NCBI GenBank assembly: GCA_963804995.1
Contig: CAWDSK010000005.1
Coordinates: 896,001-960,000, forward strand
Length of the DNA: 64,000 nt
Origin: an uncultured Acidobacteriota bacterium
GTDB lineage: Bacteria; Acidobacteriota; Terriglobia; UBA7540
Direction of reading: 5' to 3'
This document shows positions 1 to 10,878 of the stretch, piece after piece. Position 1 is the first letter of the stretch. Every line of letters starts with the position of its first letter. The translations under genes were made by a program, and so were the position numbers. The notes beneath the pieces are model-generated. The model was given only the letters and a program-made list of their open reading frames with translations, did not search any database and was not told the DNA's origin.

Positions 1-497
1 CTGCAATCAATGAGTTTCAGTGTGAGGTCCATTCGAGGTCGCGACAGGTCTTGGAGGCAAATTTTGACAGGCTAGGGGAGGCCCTGCATGCCAATCTCGA
101 ACGGGATTTGATTTCAAACTTCGTAGGGCCGACGTGGGGTAGTTGGGACGGGACATACGCATGGATAGCGGCTAAACTTGCCGTGCGCGACCTAGGCAAT
201 GTCTACCTTGGACTCCACTGGCGCGCCGAAGACGGCAAGCCAGTCGGGCCGGGGGTTGCCGTGGATTTTGAGCTCTGGCAGACGCGTGTCTTCAGGCCGC
301 TCTCGCAAAAACTCAGGAGTCTCGCTGGCGACAGAATGCTGGCCCCTTTCCAGAGGGAGCTTACGATATGGGAACCTCTTGATCCCGTGAACGCGGTGAG
401 CTTCGGCGAGACACTCAACTCGATCCTCAAAGAGTGGATAGAGCTTTGGAGTAAAATACCCCCGGCGGATTACCAAACGCCTCCGAAGGATCATTAA
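1..497 (+). CDS. Hypothetical protein, 5'-partial (frame open from window edge)
   Basis: Frame of ORF 51..497 has no stop back to position 3 (AINEFQCEVHSRSRQVLEANF...); protein-like composition; no family recognised. Confidence 0.6.
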   Translation, partial: AINEFQCEVHSRSRQVLEANFDRLGEALHANLERDLISNFVGPTWGSWDGTYAWIAAKLAVRDLGNVYLGLHWRAEDGKPVGPGVAVDFELWQTRVFRPLSQKLRSLAGDRMLAPFQRELTIWEPLDPVNAVSFGETLNSILKEWIELWSKIPPADYQTPPKDH

Positions 498-698
498 GTA
501 GGCAGCCAATCAGTGCAGTTCTAACTGTGGGTCCTTCCATTGACGGCGAAGGCATAGCCTGGGGAAGAAGGCGCTCGCCATAAAGATCGTCCGGCCCGGC
601 TGCCGACGCTGTCGGGCCAAGCTCCGCGCCCCCTGCGAAAACGGCCGTGATGGGTGAGCGGGGCGGTTCGCGAACCGCGAAATGCAACGCGACCCGGC

Positions 699-2999
699 TC
701 AGGCTGCCGGCGGGGCCGAGCTGTGCGGAGGCGAGTGTTGGATCCCCAGCACGCCGACTTGCGCGTGTACGACGGCAATCGACGCCATGTTCACGATCTC
801 TTCCACTTCGGAGCCGCGCGCCAGGACGTGCACAGGTTTCGCCATCCCCATTACGATGGGGCCCAGAGCCTCCGCGCCGCCCATCCGCATCATCAGCTTG
901 TAGGCGATGTTGCCCGCATCCAGGCTGGGAAAGATCAAAACGTTAGCGTCGCCCTTGACCTTGGAAAAGGGGTAATCCTCTGTAATGAGTTCGGGGACGA
1001 TGGCGGAGTCCGCCTGCATTTCGCCGTCGACGATCAGGTCGGGGTCCTTTTCCTTGACGAGGGCGGTCGCCCGGCGAACTTTATCGGCTAGCGGATGGCG
1101 GGTGCTGCCAAAGTTCGCGAACGAAAGCATGGCCACACGCGGTTCGACGTTGAACCAGCGCGCGACCTCGGCGGAGAGGATGGCGATTTCCGCGAGCTGC
1201 TCCGAGGTGGGGTCAATATTGACCGTGGTGTCGGCAAAAAAGTAGACGGCCTTGTGGGTGGCAATCACATAGAGTCCGGAAACACGCTCCACCCCCGGGC
1301 GCGTCCGGATGATCTGGAGCGCGGGGCGAATCGTATCGGGGTAATGCTGGCTGACGCCGGCAATGAAGCCATCCGCGTCGCCCATACGGACCATCATGGC
1401 GCCGAAGTAATTGCTGTTGAGCATCGACTCCTGCGCTTCCGTGGGGGTGATGCCGTCCCGCTGGCGGAGCCGGAAGAATTCATCAATGTAAGTGGAAAGC
1501 CGTGTCGAGCGGCGGGGCTCAATGATTTCGATGTCGGCCTTTCCCAGACCCAATTCGTGGAATTTGTTTTCGATCACCGTGGGGCGGCCAAGGAGAATCG
1601 GGTGGGCGATGTTCTCCTCGACCAGGCGGACGCTGGCGCGGATGATCTTCTCGTGCTCCCCTTCTGAGAACACGATGCGTTTGGGGGCGGCTTTGGCGCG
1701 GTTCCGGATGTTCTGCATGACGGCATAAGTGCGCCCCAGCCGCCGTTGCAGTTGCTCGCGGTATTCCTCAAGGTCAATTGTGAGTTGCGCCACGCCACTC
1801 TTCATGGCGGCTTCGGCAACGGCTGAGGATTCCTGAATCAGCACGCGCGGGTCAAAGGGTTTGGGGATGATGTAATCCGGCCCGAATTGCAGCCGGGTAA
1901 CACCGTAAGCGCGCAGTACGGAATCCGGAACGTCCTCTTTAGCGAGGTCGGCCAGGGCCCGCGTGGCGGCCAGCTTCATCTCTTCGTTGATCGCCCGCGC
2001 CCGCACATCCAGCGCGCCGCGAAAGATGAAGGGAAATCCCAGCACATTGTTGACCTGGTTCGGGCAGTCGGAACGGCCCGTGGCGATGATAACGTCGGAG
2101 CGGGCCGCCTTGGCTTCGTCGTAACTGATTTCCGGGACCGGATTGGCCAGGGCGAAGACGACGGGATGGCTGGCCATGGAGCGCAGCATTTCCTGCGTGA
2201 CGCAATGGGCGGTCGAAAGGCCCACAAAAACGTCTGCATCCTTCAAGGCCTCGACCAGCGTGCGCCGGTCGGTCTGGGCGGCAAAGCGCTCCTTGTAAGG
2301 ATTCATGTTTTCCTTGCGCCCTTCATAGACGACGCCTTTGGTGTCGCAGAGGATGATGTTCTTACGCTGCGCGCCCAGCCGCACATAGTGTTCCGCGCAG
2401 GCGATGCCGGAAGCGCCGGCGCCGTTAAAGACCACGCGTGCCTGGGCAATGTCCTTGCCCGCGACCTCCAGGGCGTTCAGCAGGGCCGCCCCGGAAATAA
2501 TCGCCGTGCCATGCTGATCGTCGTGGAAGACCGGGATCGACATGGTCTTGCGCAGGGTCTGTTCAATGTGGAAGCACTCCGGCGCTTTGATGTCCTCCAG
2601 GTTGATGCCGCCGAAGGTGGGCTCAAGAAGTTGGCAGAGCCGGATGACCTCAGCGGGGTCCTCGGAATTCACTTCCAGATCGAACACGTCAATATCCGCG
2701 AAGCGCTTGAACAGTACACCCTTGCCTTCCATGACCGGTTTGCCGGCCAGGGCTCCGATGTTGCCCAATCCCAAAACCGCCGTGCCGTTCGAGATGACCG
2801 CCACCAGGTTGCCGCGCGCCGTGTATTCGAATCCCAATTCAGGTTTGTCGTGAATCTCCAGGCAGGGTTCCGCCACGCCCGGCGTGTAGGCCAGGCTGAG
2901 GTCCCACTGGGTCCGGCAAGGCTTAGTGGGAACCACCTCAATCTTGCCTTTGCGGCCGGAACGATGGTAGTCGAGCGCGTCCTGTTTGCGTATGTCCAT
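699..2999 (-). CDS. maeB: NADP-dependent malic enzyme with C-terminal phosphotransacetylase-like domain
   Basis: 766 aa; [52 protein letters not shown] motifs plus PTA-like C-terminus (VDGEMQAD). Confidence 0.97.
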   Translation of the reverse strand: MDIRKQDALDYHRSGRKGKIEVVPTKPCRTQWDLSLAYTPGVAEPCLEIHDKPELGFEYTARGNLVAVISNGTAVLGLGNIGALAGKPVMEGKGVLFKRFADIDVFDLEVNSEDPAEVIRLCQLLEPTFGGINLEDIKAPECFHIEQTLRKTMSIPVFHDDQHGTAIISGAALLNALEVAGKDIAQARVVFNGAGASGIACAEHYVRLGAQRKNIILCDTKGVVYEGRKENMNPYKERFAAQTDRRTLVEALKDADVFVGLSTAHCVTQEMLRSMASHPVVFALANPVPEISYDEAKAARSDVIIATGRSDCPNQVNNVLGFPFIFRGALDVRARAINEEMKLAATRALADLAKEDVPDSVLRAYGVTRLQFGPDYIIPKPFDPRVLIQESSAVAEAAMKSGVAQLTIDLEEYREQLQRRLGRTYAVMQNIRNRAKAAPKRIVFSEGEHEKIIRASVRLVEENIAHPILLGRPTVIENKFHELGLGKADIEIIEPRRSTRLSTYIDEFFRLRQRDGITPTEAQESMLNSNYFGAMMVRMGDADGFIAGVSQHYPDTIRPALQIIRTRPGVERVSGLYVIATHKAVYFFADTTVNIDPTSEQLAEIAILSAEVARWFNVEPRVAMLSFANFGSTRHPLADKVRRATALVKEKDPDLIVDGEMQADSAIVPELITEDYPFSKVKGDANVLIFPSLDAGNIAYKLMMRMGGAEALGPIVMGMAKPVHVLARGSEVEEIVNMASIAVVHAQVGVLGIQHSPPHSSAPPAA

Positions 3000-3361
3000 T
3001 ACACTGCCCCCTTTAGGGTCTTCATCTCATTTACAGGCCATCTTTGTACATCAGGGCAAGCAATAGTTCAACTTGCTTTCCCTGACTCGCCCGGCCACAG
3101 CGTGATTTGGCGCACGCCCCCTTACTTGCAGCCAGCCTGGCAGCAGAGTAGAGGGTCACCCCAGCTTGCAAATCCATCCAGATGTGAGGAATGCAGTCAC
3201 GCTCCAGCGTGCCAGGTTGCCAGGCCCCATGACTGGGGGACCGACATGATGGCGTACAAATTAAGAGAGGGGCAAATCCATGGCCAAAAAGGGGCGGACA
3301 CTGCCACCTGGGGTCGTAAGCGAGAACGTAAGGGCCAAGGGTGGCGCCATGGCAAGCAAGG

Positions 3362-3796
3362 TTAGTGGACCAGCGGATTATGCACCTTGAGGTGGGGAAA
3401 GCGGCCGAAATCTCTGTCAGCCGTCCACAATTCGTCGACCCCATGAAGATCGCATAGTGCTGCTACTCGCGCATCATGCACCTGGGGGCCCGCAACGCGA
3501 CCGACTGTCAACATCGCGCGCAATCCAGGCCAGAAGTCAGAAATCTCAGCCAGCAAGATGAGGCCGGGAGCCTCAATCCATGCCTCCACTTGCGCGAGCG
3601 CGGTTTCCAGTGGGGTGGGTGGGTTATAAATCTTTGGGTGGGTGACGATGGCGATGAACTCGTAAAGGCAAGGCCACGGAATCGCCCACGTCGTGCGGCT
3701 TTGGGCCAGCCGTGCCAGCGCTCCATAAGCTGTTTGGTGCCAAGGCGAATCCTCGCGATGGACGTATACGAGAATGTTTGTATCTACTGCGATCAC
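3362..3796 (-). CDS. vapC: PIN-domain toxin (VapC family)
   Basis: MIAVDTNILVY, conserved E, HDARVAAL, TADRDF PIN motifs; ATGA overlap with upstream antitoxin. Confidence 0.93.
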   Translation of the reverse strand: MIAVDTNILVYVHREDSPWHQTAYGALARLAQSRTTWAIPWPCLYEFIAIVTHPKIYNPPTPLETALAQVEAWIEAPGLILLAEISDFWPGLRAMLTVGRVAGPQVHDARVAALCDLHGVDELWTADRDFGRFPHLKVHNPLVH

Positions 3797-4038
3797 GATC
3801 CGCGCCCCTCGTAAGCCGCGTCACGAATCCGCTGCCAGGAGGCGTCCGCCATCGCGGGTTGAAGACCACGACCCTTGAAGCTGACCTTGCGCAACTGGAA
3901 CGGCTTGACGGCCCGCCGCTCCGCCATGACGCGGCGAAGCCCTTCTTCGACCAATGCCTTTACCGAGGTGCGTTCCTTCGACGCCAGGCGCTTAGCCTGC
4001 TGAAGAAGCGAGCTAGGAATCTCTACGGTCGTCTTCAT
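3793..4038 (-). CDS. vapB: VapB-type ribbon-helix-helix antitoxin
   Basis: 81 aa, MKTTVEIPSSLLQQAK RHH-like N-terminus, coupled to PIN gene. Confidence 0.88.
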   Translation of the reverse strand: MKTTVEIPSSLLQQAKRLASKERTSVKALVEEGLRRVMAERRAVKPFQLRKVSFKGRGLQPAMADASWQRIRDAAYEGRGS

Positions 4039-4204
4039 ATGGGTAGATGTATCATATAAGATGGCAAGATGGCAAATGTTGGCTCCCCGGTCGACTTGTG
4101 TGGAACCACAAGAAGAGATCCTCGCCTTGCAGCGGTCTTGTCTGAAGTGTTAACTTGAACGGCGAAGGCCTTGGGGGCCATACCTCGTAGCAAAGGATAA
4201 GGCT

Positions 4205-5362
4205 ATGCGCTGGTCTTGGAGAATCGGGCGCCTGGCGGGCATCGGCATCTACGTGCACGCCACATTCTTACTGCTCATCCTCTTCATTTTTTTCGTCAAC
4301 TTGCACGAGGGAAAGTCGCTCGCGACCGCCGTCGAAGGCGTCCTCTTTATTCTGGTCATCTTCGGCTGCATCGTGCTTCACGAGCTTGGACACGCGCTCA
4401 CGGCCCGGCATTACGGAATCCGCACTCGCGACATCACGCTTCTACCCATCGGTGGATTGGCTCGCCTGGAGCGCATGCCTGACGTGCCCATTCAGGAACT
4501 CTGGGTGGCGCTGGCAGGCCCGGCGGTGAATGCCGTCATCGCGGGGGCGCTCTACGGTTTTGAGTTACTGGCCGGCGTCCACCCGGAGCTGAGCTCCTTC
4601 CGGTGGACAGGGGGCAGCTTTCTGAACAAGTTGATGGTGGTGAACTTCTGGTTGCTGGCGTTTAACCTGATTCCCGCCTTCCCCATGGATGGTGGGCGCG
4701 TGCTGCGCGCCATCCTCGCTTCCCGCATGGAATACACCCGCGCTACGCTGACGGCGGCGCGCGTGGGGCAGGGCATTGCCTATCTCTTCGGTTTCGTCGG
4801 CCTCTTCACGGACCCCTTCCTGCTTTTCATCGCTTTGTTTGTTTGGATGGGCGCTGAGCAGGAAGCCGCCATGACGCAGATGCACAGCTCGCTCGGCGGC
4901 ATCCCCGTGCAACGCGCCATGCTCACGGAATTCCGCACTCTACTGCCTGACGACACGCTGGCGGTGGCGGTCGAGCACCTGCTGGCAGGTTGGCAACAGG
5001 ATTTCCCGGTCGTCTTTGGCGATCGCGTGCTGGGTGTGCTGTCGCGTGAGGATTTGGTGCGGGCTCTCGCGCAAGGTGGAACCAATGCCCACGTCCGTGA
5101 GGCGATGAACCGCGACGTCGTGACCGTTGACTCGCACGATATGTTGGAGACGGCCCTGGCCCTGCTGCGCGAAAGCAAATCCCGCTCGCTCCCGGTTACT
5201 CACGATGGACAACTGGTGGGTCTGCTCACCATGGAGAACGTCGGCGAGTTCATGATGGTGCAGTCGGCGCTTCGCCAGGCGCGGCAGACGGCTACTCCCG
5301 CCCCGCAACGTGGCCGCAGCACCACAGACAATCAAAATGCCAAGGGCGAATGGCAAAAGTGA
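4205..5362 (+). CDS. Site-2 (M50) intramembrane zinc metalloprotease with tandem CBS domains
   Basis: HELGH zinc motif, FNLIPAFPMDGGR motif, several TM segments, C-terminal CBS pair. Confidence 0.93.
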   Translation: MRWSWRIGRLAGIGIYVHATFLLLILFIFFVNLHEGKSLATAVEGVLFILVIFGCIVLHELGHALTARHYGIRTRDITLLPIGGLARLERMPDVPIQELWVALAGPAVNAVIAGALYGFELLAGVHPELSSFRWTGGSFLNKLMVVNFWLLAFNLIPAFPMDGGRVLRAILASRMEYTRATLTAARVGQGIAYLFGFVGLFTDPFLLFIALFVWMGAEQEAAMTQMHSSLGGIPVQRAMLTEFRTLLPDDTLAVAVEHLLAGWQQDFPVVFGDRVLGVLSREDLVRALAQGGTNAHVREAMNRDVVTVDSHDMLETALALLRESKSRSLPVTHDGQLVGLLTMENVGEFMMVQSALRQARQTATPAPQRGRSTTDNQNAKGEWQK

Positions 5363-5436
5363 AGAGCCGTTGCTGACAGGGGCTACCCGCTTCATGAACT
5401 CGCCTTACCCGCTGCTCGAAACTGGGAGACCTATTC

Positions 5437-8088
5437 ATGCGGAAATCATTTTACAAATTGTTGGCGATCTGGGTGACGCTGGGGACGAGTCTCACTTTTG
5501 CCCAGGCACAGGACGGCCAAAGCAATCGACAGATTTTGCGCGCGGGGTGGAGCATTCAGTCTTCTGCGCAGGTGCAAGATAAACCTGAAATCATCTCGAC
5601 AACCGGATTCAGTACCAAGGGCTGGTATGGCACTTCCCTGCCTTCCACTGTCCTCGCGGCGTTGGTTGAGAACAAAGTTTATCCCGATCCCTACTTTGGC
5701 CTGAATCTAAAACTCATCCCTGGAAGCATGCTGGTGGAAGATTTTGTGAATCTTCCCATGCCCCCTGAAAGTCCCTTCCGGGTTCCCTGGTGGTACCGCA
5801 CGGAGTTTCAGGCGCCCGCCGAATATCAAGGGAAGCAAGTGTGGCTCAACTTTGACGGAATCAATTACCGGGCGAATATCTGGATGAACGGGCGTCAGAT
5901 CGCCGATTCCAAAACGGTGGCCGGTGCGTTCCGGGTTTATGAGTTCAATATCACTCAGAACCTTAAGCCCGGAGCAATGAATGCCTTGGCGGTCGAGGTC
6001 ACTCCTGAGCAGCCTGACGATTTGGGGTTCAATTGGATGAATCTCGGTCCCGACCCTCCGGACAAGGACCTGGGGATTTGGCAGGATGTCTTCATCATTA
6101 CCACGGGCCCGGTGGCCCTGCGTTACCCTCAAGTGATTTCCCACCTGGATGTGCCTTCGCTCGATGCGGCGCAACTTATCGTAAGCGTGGACTTGCACAA
6201 TCCGACCTCACAGCCTGTAAAGGGTGTCTTGAAAGGTCAGATTGAAAGTATTCAGTTGGAGCAGCCCGTCGAACTCGGGGCTGGGGAATCGAGACGGGTG
6301 GCGTTCACTCCCGAGCAATTTCCCCAGCTCAAGATTGCGCATCCTCGCGTCTGGTGGCCGTGGCAGATGGGCGCGCCGGAGCTCTATCAACTGAAACTCC
6401 AGTTTGAATCCGGCGGCCAGATCTCTGACCAGGGCGCGGTCGATTTTGGTATTCGAGAAGTCACCTCAGAAAAGAACGACAACGGCGATCGCTTGTTCAA
6501 AGTTAACGGCAAGAAGCTATTGATTCGTGGCGCGCTGTGGTGGCCCGACCTGATGCTGCGATCCTCCCCGCAACGGCAGGAGGACGAGATTCGTTACGTC
6601 CGGGATATGAACCTGAACACTCTCCGCATGGACGGGAGGTTTGAGGACGAGCACTTCCTTGACCTGAGCGATCGGGCCGGCCTCATGCTGATGCCCGGTT
6701 TCCCTTGCTGCGATCATTGGGAAGAGTGGAGTGAATGGACGGAGGAGAATTACAAGATCGCACCGGAGATGCTGCGCGACCAGATCCGCCGCTTCCGGAA
6801 CCATCCGAGCGTTCTGACTTGGTTAAATGGCGACGACAATCCACCGGCGCCCGAGGTTGAGCGGACGTACATCAAAATCCTGGAAGAGGAAAACTGGCCA
6901 AATCCCTATCAGTCGCACTCCGGCAGAAAACGCTCAGCGGTGACCGGGGCGGCGGGTTATAAGCACGGCCCGGACAACTATGATCCGCCCAACTACTGGC
7001 TGCTCGACCACAAAGAGGGCGGGGCGTGGGGTTTCGATACTGAGTGTTATCCCGGACCGACCATACCTCCTATCGAAAGTCTGCGGAAGTTCATACCTCA
7101 AGACAAATTGTGGCCGATTAACGAGGTGTGGACTGCGCACGGCGACGGCTCAACGGAACGCCACGAATTGCAGGTTCATCTGCAGGCTCTGAAGTCGCGC
7201 TATGGCACGGCGAAGGGCGTGGAGGATTTCGCCGAGAAGTCGCAGGTGATGAATTACGAAGGCGAGCGCGCCATGTATGAGGCCTACAGCCGGAACAAAT
7301 ACGTTGCCACAGGAATTCTGAACCACGACTTGAACAACCCCTGGCCCTCCCTGGTCTTTCACCTCTATGACACCTATCTCCGCCCCGGTGGCGGCTATTT
7401 CGGGACCAAGAAGGGCTGCGAACTGGTGCACATCCAATACTCCTACGACGATCAATCCATCGTGGTGGTGAACTCAACCTACCACGCACTTAGGAATCTG
7501 AAGGCGAAGGTGGAAGTCTACAATCTGGATTTGACCAAGAAATTTGAGAAGGAAACCACGGTGGACGTTCCTGAAGACGGCGTCACCAGGGTGGTGACCC
7601 TCCCGGAACTGCCGGGATTGTCAGTCACATACTTTGTGCGCCTCACCCTGCAAGATACCGCGGGCCGCGAGCTGAGTTCGAACTTTTACTGGCTCTCTAC
7701 GAAGCAGGATGTTTTGGATTGGGAACACGCGAGCCAGGGCACCGGCGCCCCCACGCTCTCCTATTCTGACCTGACGGGGCTCCAGAACTTGCCCGCTGTA
7801 AAGCTAAAGGGCAAGAGCCGCACCGAGCGTAAAGGCGATGAAAATCTCACCACGGTCACAATTGAGAATCCCACGAACAATCTGGCCTTCTTCGTGCACT
7901 TGCGGGTCAACAAGGGGTCGCACGGGGAGGAAGTGCTTCCCATTATCTGGGGTGATAATTATTTCTCGTTGCTGCCGGGAGAAAAGAAGGAAATCACGGC
8001 CAGCTATCGGAAAACGGATTTGCAGAACGCTACGCCAGTTGTGGAAGTCGATGGATGGAACGTCTCCAAGGCCTCTCTCGGGCGGTGA
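5437..8088 (+). CDS. Secreted GH2 glycosidase, exo-beta-D-glucosaminidase (CsxA)-like
   Basis: Signal peptide; GH2 sugar-binding domain (FDGINYRANIWMNG); WLNGDDNPP (Asp at acid/base position) and GFDTEC nucleophile region; WGDNYFSLLPGE C-terminal Ig-like domain. Confidence 0.82.
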   Translation: MRKSFYKLLAIWVTLGTSLTFAQAQDGQSNRQILRAGWSIQSSAQVQDKPEIISTTGFSTKGWYGTSLPSTVLAALVENKVYPDPYFGLNLKLIPGSMLVEDFVNLPMPPESPFRVPWWYRTEFQAPAEYQGKQVWLNFDGINYRANIWMNGRQIADSKTVAGAFRVYEFNITQNLKPGAMNALAVEVTPEQPDDLGFNWMNLGPDPPDKDLGIWQDVFIITTGPVALRYPQVISHLDVPSLDAAQLIVSVDLHNPTSQPVKGVLKGQIESIQLEQPVELGAGESRRVAFTPEQFPQLKIAHPRVWWPWQMGAPELYQLKLQFESGGQISDQGAVDFGIREVTSEKNDNGDRLFKVNGKKLLIRGALWWPDLMLRSSPQRQEDEIRYVRDMNLNTLRMDGRFEDEHFLDLSDRAGLMLMPGFPCCDHWEEWSEWTEENYKIAPEMLRDQIRRFRNHPSVLTWLNGDDNPPAPEVERTYIKILEEENWPNPYQSHSGRKRSAVTGAAGYKHGPDNYDPPNYWLLDHKEGGAWGFDTECYPGPTIPPIESLRKFIPQDKLWPINEVWTAHGDGSTERHELQVHLQALKSRYGTAKGVEDFAEKSQVMNYEGERAMYEAYSRNKYVATGILNHDLNNPWPSLVFHLYDTYLRPGGGYFGTKKGCELVHIQYSYDDQSIVVVNSTYHALRNLKAKVEVYNLDLTKKFEKETTVDVPEDGVTRVVTLPELPGLSVTYFVRLTLQDTAGRELSSNFYWLSTKQDVLDWEHASQGTGAPTLSYSDLTGLQNLPAVKLKGKSRTERKGDENLTTVTIENPTNNLAFFVHLRVNKGSHGEEVLPIIWGDNYFSLLPGEKKEITASYRKTDLQNATPVVEVDGWNVSKASLGR

Positions 8089-8193
8089 GTTGCAATGACA
8101 GATGTAGCGCCCGCCTACCGGCCAGGTCCCCGCTACACTTGCTGACCGGGGCTGCCGGCGGTGAGAAATCCGCCTGGCGCAGAATAAATCTCA

Positions 8194-8946
8194 TTACCCT
8201 TTAAGCAGCGCGCGGGCATTGCCCTCCAGCACCGCCTGGGCTTGGTCCTTGGGCAGGCCGGCTTCCGTGATCTTCAACAGCGCGGAATCAAAGTTATAAA
8301 AGGGATAATGGGAACCGAAGACAACCCGCTCCGCAGATACTTGGGAGACCAGGCTCGCGACCCCGGCCACTCCTTCCACCATGGAAATATCAACATAGAC
8401 TTTGCCGGCCTGGGTTAGCCCCCGCCCGCTGTGGCCGGTATTGAGCAATACCACGCGCAAGTCCGGGGTGCGCTTGATCAGATCCGCCAGGGGGCGGGGA
8501 TTGGCCGGCGGCACCTGCATCAGGGGGAACTGCGTGCGCAGGTCTTCCATGCCGAGCGCAATCTGGACCAGCAGCTTGCGGTCGTCCGCCAGCGAGAAGA
8601 GTTCCGCCACCACGGGATCATCCAGCGTGTAAGCATGATAGTCAGGATGCAAACGAATACCCGGCATCTTGTGAACTTCCTGACACCGCCTTAAATCTTC
8701 CTTCCAATCCGGCTGCTTGGGATTGACAGTGCCGAAGGGCACCAGGAAATTCGGTCCGTGCTGGCGGCAAGCGGCAGCCAGACGCGCATTCACGCCTTCG
8801 ACATCACGGTGCAACAGTCCCTCGAAACTGCCCGCCCAGGCTTGGGTCACGCCCTTCTTGCGCAGCCTTGCCACGAGGTCAGCCGGGTCGTCACCTTCCA
8901 GGCGGCGGAATGGCCATTGAAACAGATCTACGTTGGTATCGATCAT
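8194..8946 (-). CDS. Amidohydrolase-fold protein with degenerate metal site (copy 1)
   Basis: TIM-barrel amidohydrolase motifs GIRLHP, VVFGSHYP, NARALL; N-terminal HxH replaced by NxD; ATGA overlap with upstream gene. Confidence 0.85.
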   Translation of the reverse strand: MIDTNVDLFQWPFRRLEGDDPADLVARLRKKGVTQAWAGSFEGLLHRDVEGVNARLAAACRQHGPNFLVPFGTVNPKQPDWKEDLRRCQEVHKMPGIRLHPDYHAYTLDDPVVAELFSLADDRKLLVQIALGMEDLRTQFPLMQVPPANPRPLADLIKRTPDLRVVLLNTGHSGRGLTQAGKVYVDISMVEGVAGVASLVSQVSAERVVFGSHYPFYNFDSALLKITEAGLPKDQAQAVLEGNARALLKG

Positions 8947-9926
8947 ACTTTTACCCCTTTCGCCTGGAGAACAGGTTGCAACAGGCGGCGTAAGTTTTCA
9001 CCCAGAACCAGATGGCGTGTGGAGTCAGGAATGTCGGCGGCCATCACCTTGCCGAGCTGCGAAGCGAAGCTACGCCCGCCCACGTCGCTGCCATACAGAA
9101 CCCGCTCCGCGCCCAACTCCCGAATCGCCATTTCCGTGTAGCCCGCGGTGGGATCGGAGCCGCACAAATCACCGTAAAGATTCTTCACGTCGCGGATGGC
9201 GCGGATTCCCAATTCCCAATTGCCTCCAATGTGCCCGCAGAAGATGGTCACGGAAGGATGGCGGCGCGCAAGTTTGACGAGGTCCAGGGGCGTGGATTCG
9301 CCCACCTCATTCCCCATCGTCTTGATCCAGGTGTGATGCATGACCACGGCTTTGAGCTCGCCGGCGCGGGCGATGAGGGCATCCATCTCCGGCGTGTCGG
9401 CGCATTGCGGTTGGCCCAACTCAAACTTCAGGCCGATCATGGGGCCATCGCGCACACAGCGATTCAACTCGTCCAGGCAGGCCTGCGGATGATTGGGATT
9501 CATGTAAGCGTAGCCGAAGACACGCCCCTGCGAGTGGCGGATGGCTCCGAGAACTTGATCATTCTGCTCCCGCATTTGGTCCGCCGTGCCGCGGAAGTTA
9601 AAGGGATAGCCCAGGAACGTGCAGAGGCGCTCGATGCCCATGCGGTCGGCGAAACGGAGCATGTCAGTCACCCGTTCCGCGGGCGTCGTGCCCCCGAAGC
9701 CCTCGAGGTGGGAATGGCCGTCCCAGATGTGGTACGACTTGAGGTTGATTTCTTCACCCACCCTCGCACCCCCGTGCAGGGGCACCTGCGGGGGCGGCGG
9801 CGTCTTCGTTTGCCGGTCCAAATTGAATTTGCCAAAAGCCGTGCCACCCAGCCCCATGCCAGCAACGCCCAGCCCGGCGGAAGTCCGCTGCAAGAAGCAA
9901 CGGCGAGACAAGGTGCCGTCTTCCAT
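8943..9926 (-). CDS. Tat-exported metal-dependent amidohydrolase (copy 1)
   Basis: SRRCFL twin-arginine signal; WDGHSH, VMHHT, GHIGG, YGSD metal ligands; ATG at 9926 after AAGGGG. Confidence 0.87.
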   Translation of the reverse strand: MEDGTLSRRCFLQRTSAGLGVAGMGLGGTAFGKFNLDRQTKTPPPPQVPLHGGARVGEEINLKSYHIWDGHSHLEGFGGTTPAERVTDMLRFADRMGIERLCTFLGYPFNFRGTADQMREQNDQVLGAIRHSQGRVFGYAYMNPNHPQACLDELNRCVRDGPMIGLKFELGQPQCADTPEMDALIARAGELKAVVMHHTWIKTMGNEVGESTPLDLVKLARRHPSVTIFCGHIGGNWELGIRAIRDVKNLYGDLCGSDPTAGYTEMAIRELGAERVLYGSDVGGRSFASQLGKVMAADIPDSTRHLVLGENLRRLLQPVLQAKGVKV

Positions 9927-9947
9927 ATCCCATCCCCTTAAAAAGAT

Positions 9948-10070
9948 CACCAGCAAGGCGCAAAGAAACTAAGCGGATTCGGAAAGCGGGAGGCAGCATC
10001 CGCAAACGGCAATGTCATGCCTTCTCTTTTGAATGCCGACTTTCCTTTGTGTCTTGGTGTCCTCGTGGTG
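9948..10070. repeat. Imperfect inverted repeat with ~9-nt periodic arms between the duplicated cassettes
   Basis: CACCAGCAAGGCGCAAAGAAACTAAG versus CTTTGTGTCTTGGTGTCCTCGTGGTG. Confidence 0.4.
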
Positions 10071-10104
10071 CATCTTGTGGTTCCGGATTCCCGCGGGAAT
10101 TCTA

Positions 10105-10878
10105 TCATCCCTTGAGCAACGTGCGAGCGTTTCCTTCCATCACGGCCCTGGTTTGATCGTCCGGCAAGCCTGCTTCCCGAACCTTCAGGAACGAGGATTC
10201 AAAGTAGAAAAAAGGATAGTGCGAGCCAAAGACCACGCGCGCGGGCGAGGCTTGCTCGACCAGGCGCGCCACGCTTCCAATTTCATCAGAGTTAGCAATA
10301 TCAAAATAGATGTTACCTGTTTGAGCGAGTTCGTGGATGTGCTCGGTTGTGTGGACGCCATGATACCCGGCGTTGAGGAGCACCAGGCGCAGTTTGGGCA
10401 GGCGTTTGGTGAGATCGAGGAGGGGGGCGGGATCCACCGCCGGTATTTGCATCAGGGGATACTGCATGCGTTCGTCTTCCATGCCCAGCGCAATCTCGAC
10501 CAGGAGCTTGCGGCTCTCCGCAAGCGCCAGCACCTCAGCGGCTACCGGATCATCCAGCGTGTAACCGTGATAATTCGGGTGCAAGCGGATGCCCGGCATC
10601 TTGTAGATTTCCACGCAGCGCCGCAGGTCTTCCTGCCAGCCGGGCTGCTGGGGATTGACGGTGCCGAAGGGAATCAGGAAATTTGGCCCGTGCCGGCGGC
10701 ACGCGTCCGCCAAGCGCGCATTCACCCCGGATACGTCCCGATGCAGCAGACCTTCGAAACTGCCGGCCCAAGCCTGCGTCACACCTTTCATGCGCAGGTT
10801 CGCAACGAGGCTGGCGGGGTCATCACCTTCCAGGCGGCGAAAAGGCCACTGAAACAGATTCACATTGGTATCGATCAT
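10105..10878 (-). CDS. Amidohydrolase-fold protein with degenerate metal site (copy 2)
   Basis: Close paralog of 8194..8946 (MIDTNVNLFQWPFRRLEGDDPA...). Confidence 0.85.
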   Translation of the reverse strand: MIDTNVNLFQWPFRRLEGDDPASLVANLRMKGVTQAWAGSFEGLLHRDVSGVNARLADACRRHGPNFLIPFGTVNPQQPGWQEDLRRCVEIYKMPGIRLHPNYHGYTLDDPVAAEVLALAESRKLLVEIALGMEDERMQYPLMQIPAVDPAPLLDLTKRLPKLRLVLLNAGYHGVHTTEHIHELAQTGNIYFDIANSDEIGSVARLVEQASPARVVFGSHYPFFYFESSFLKVREAGLPDDQTRAVMEGNARTLLKG

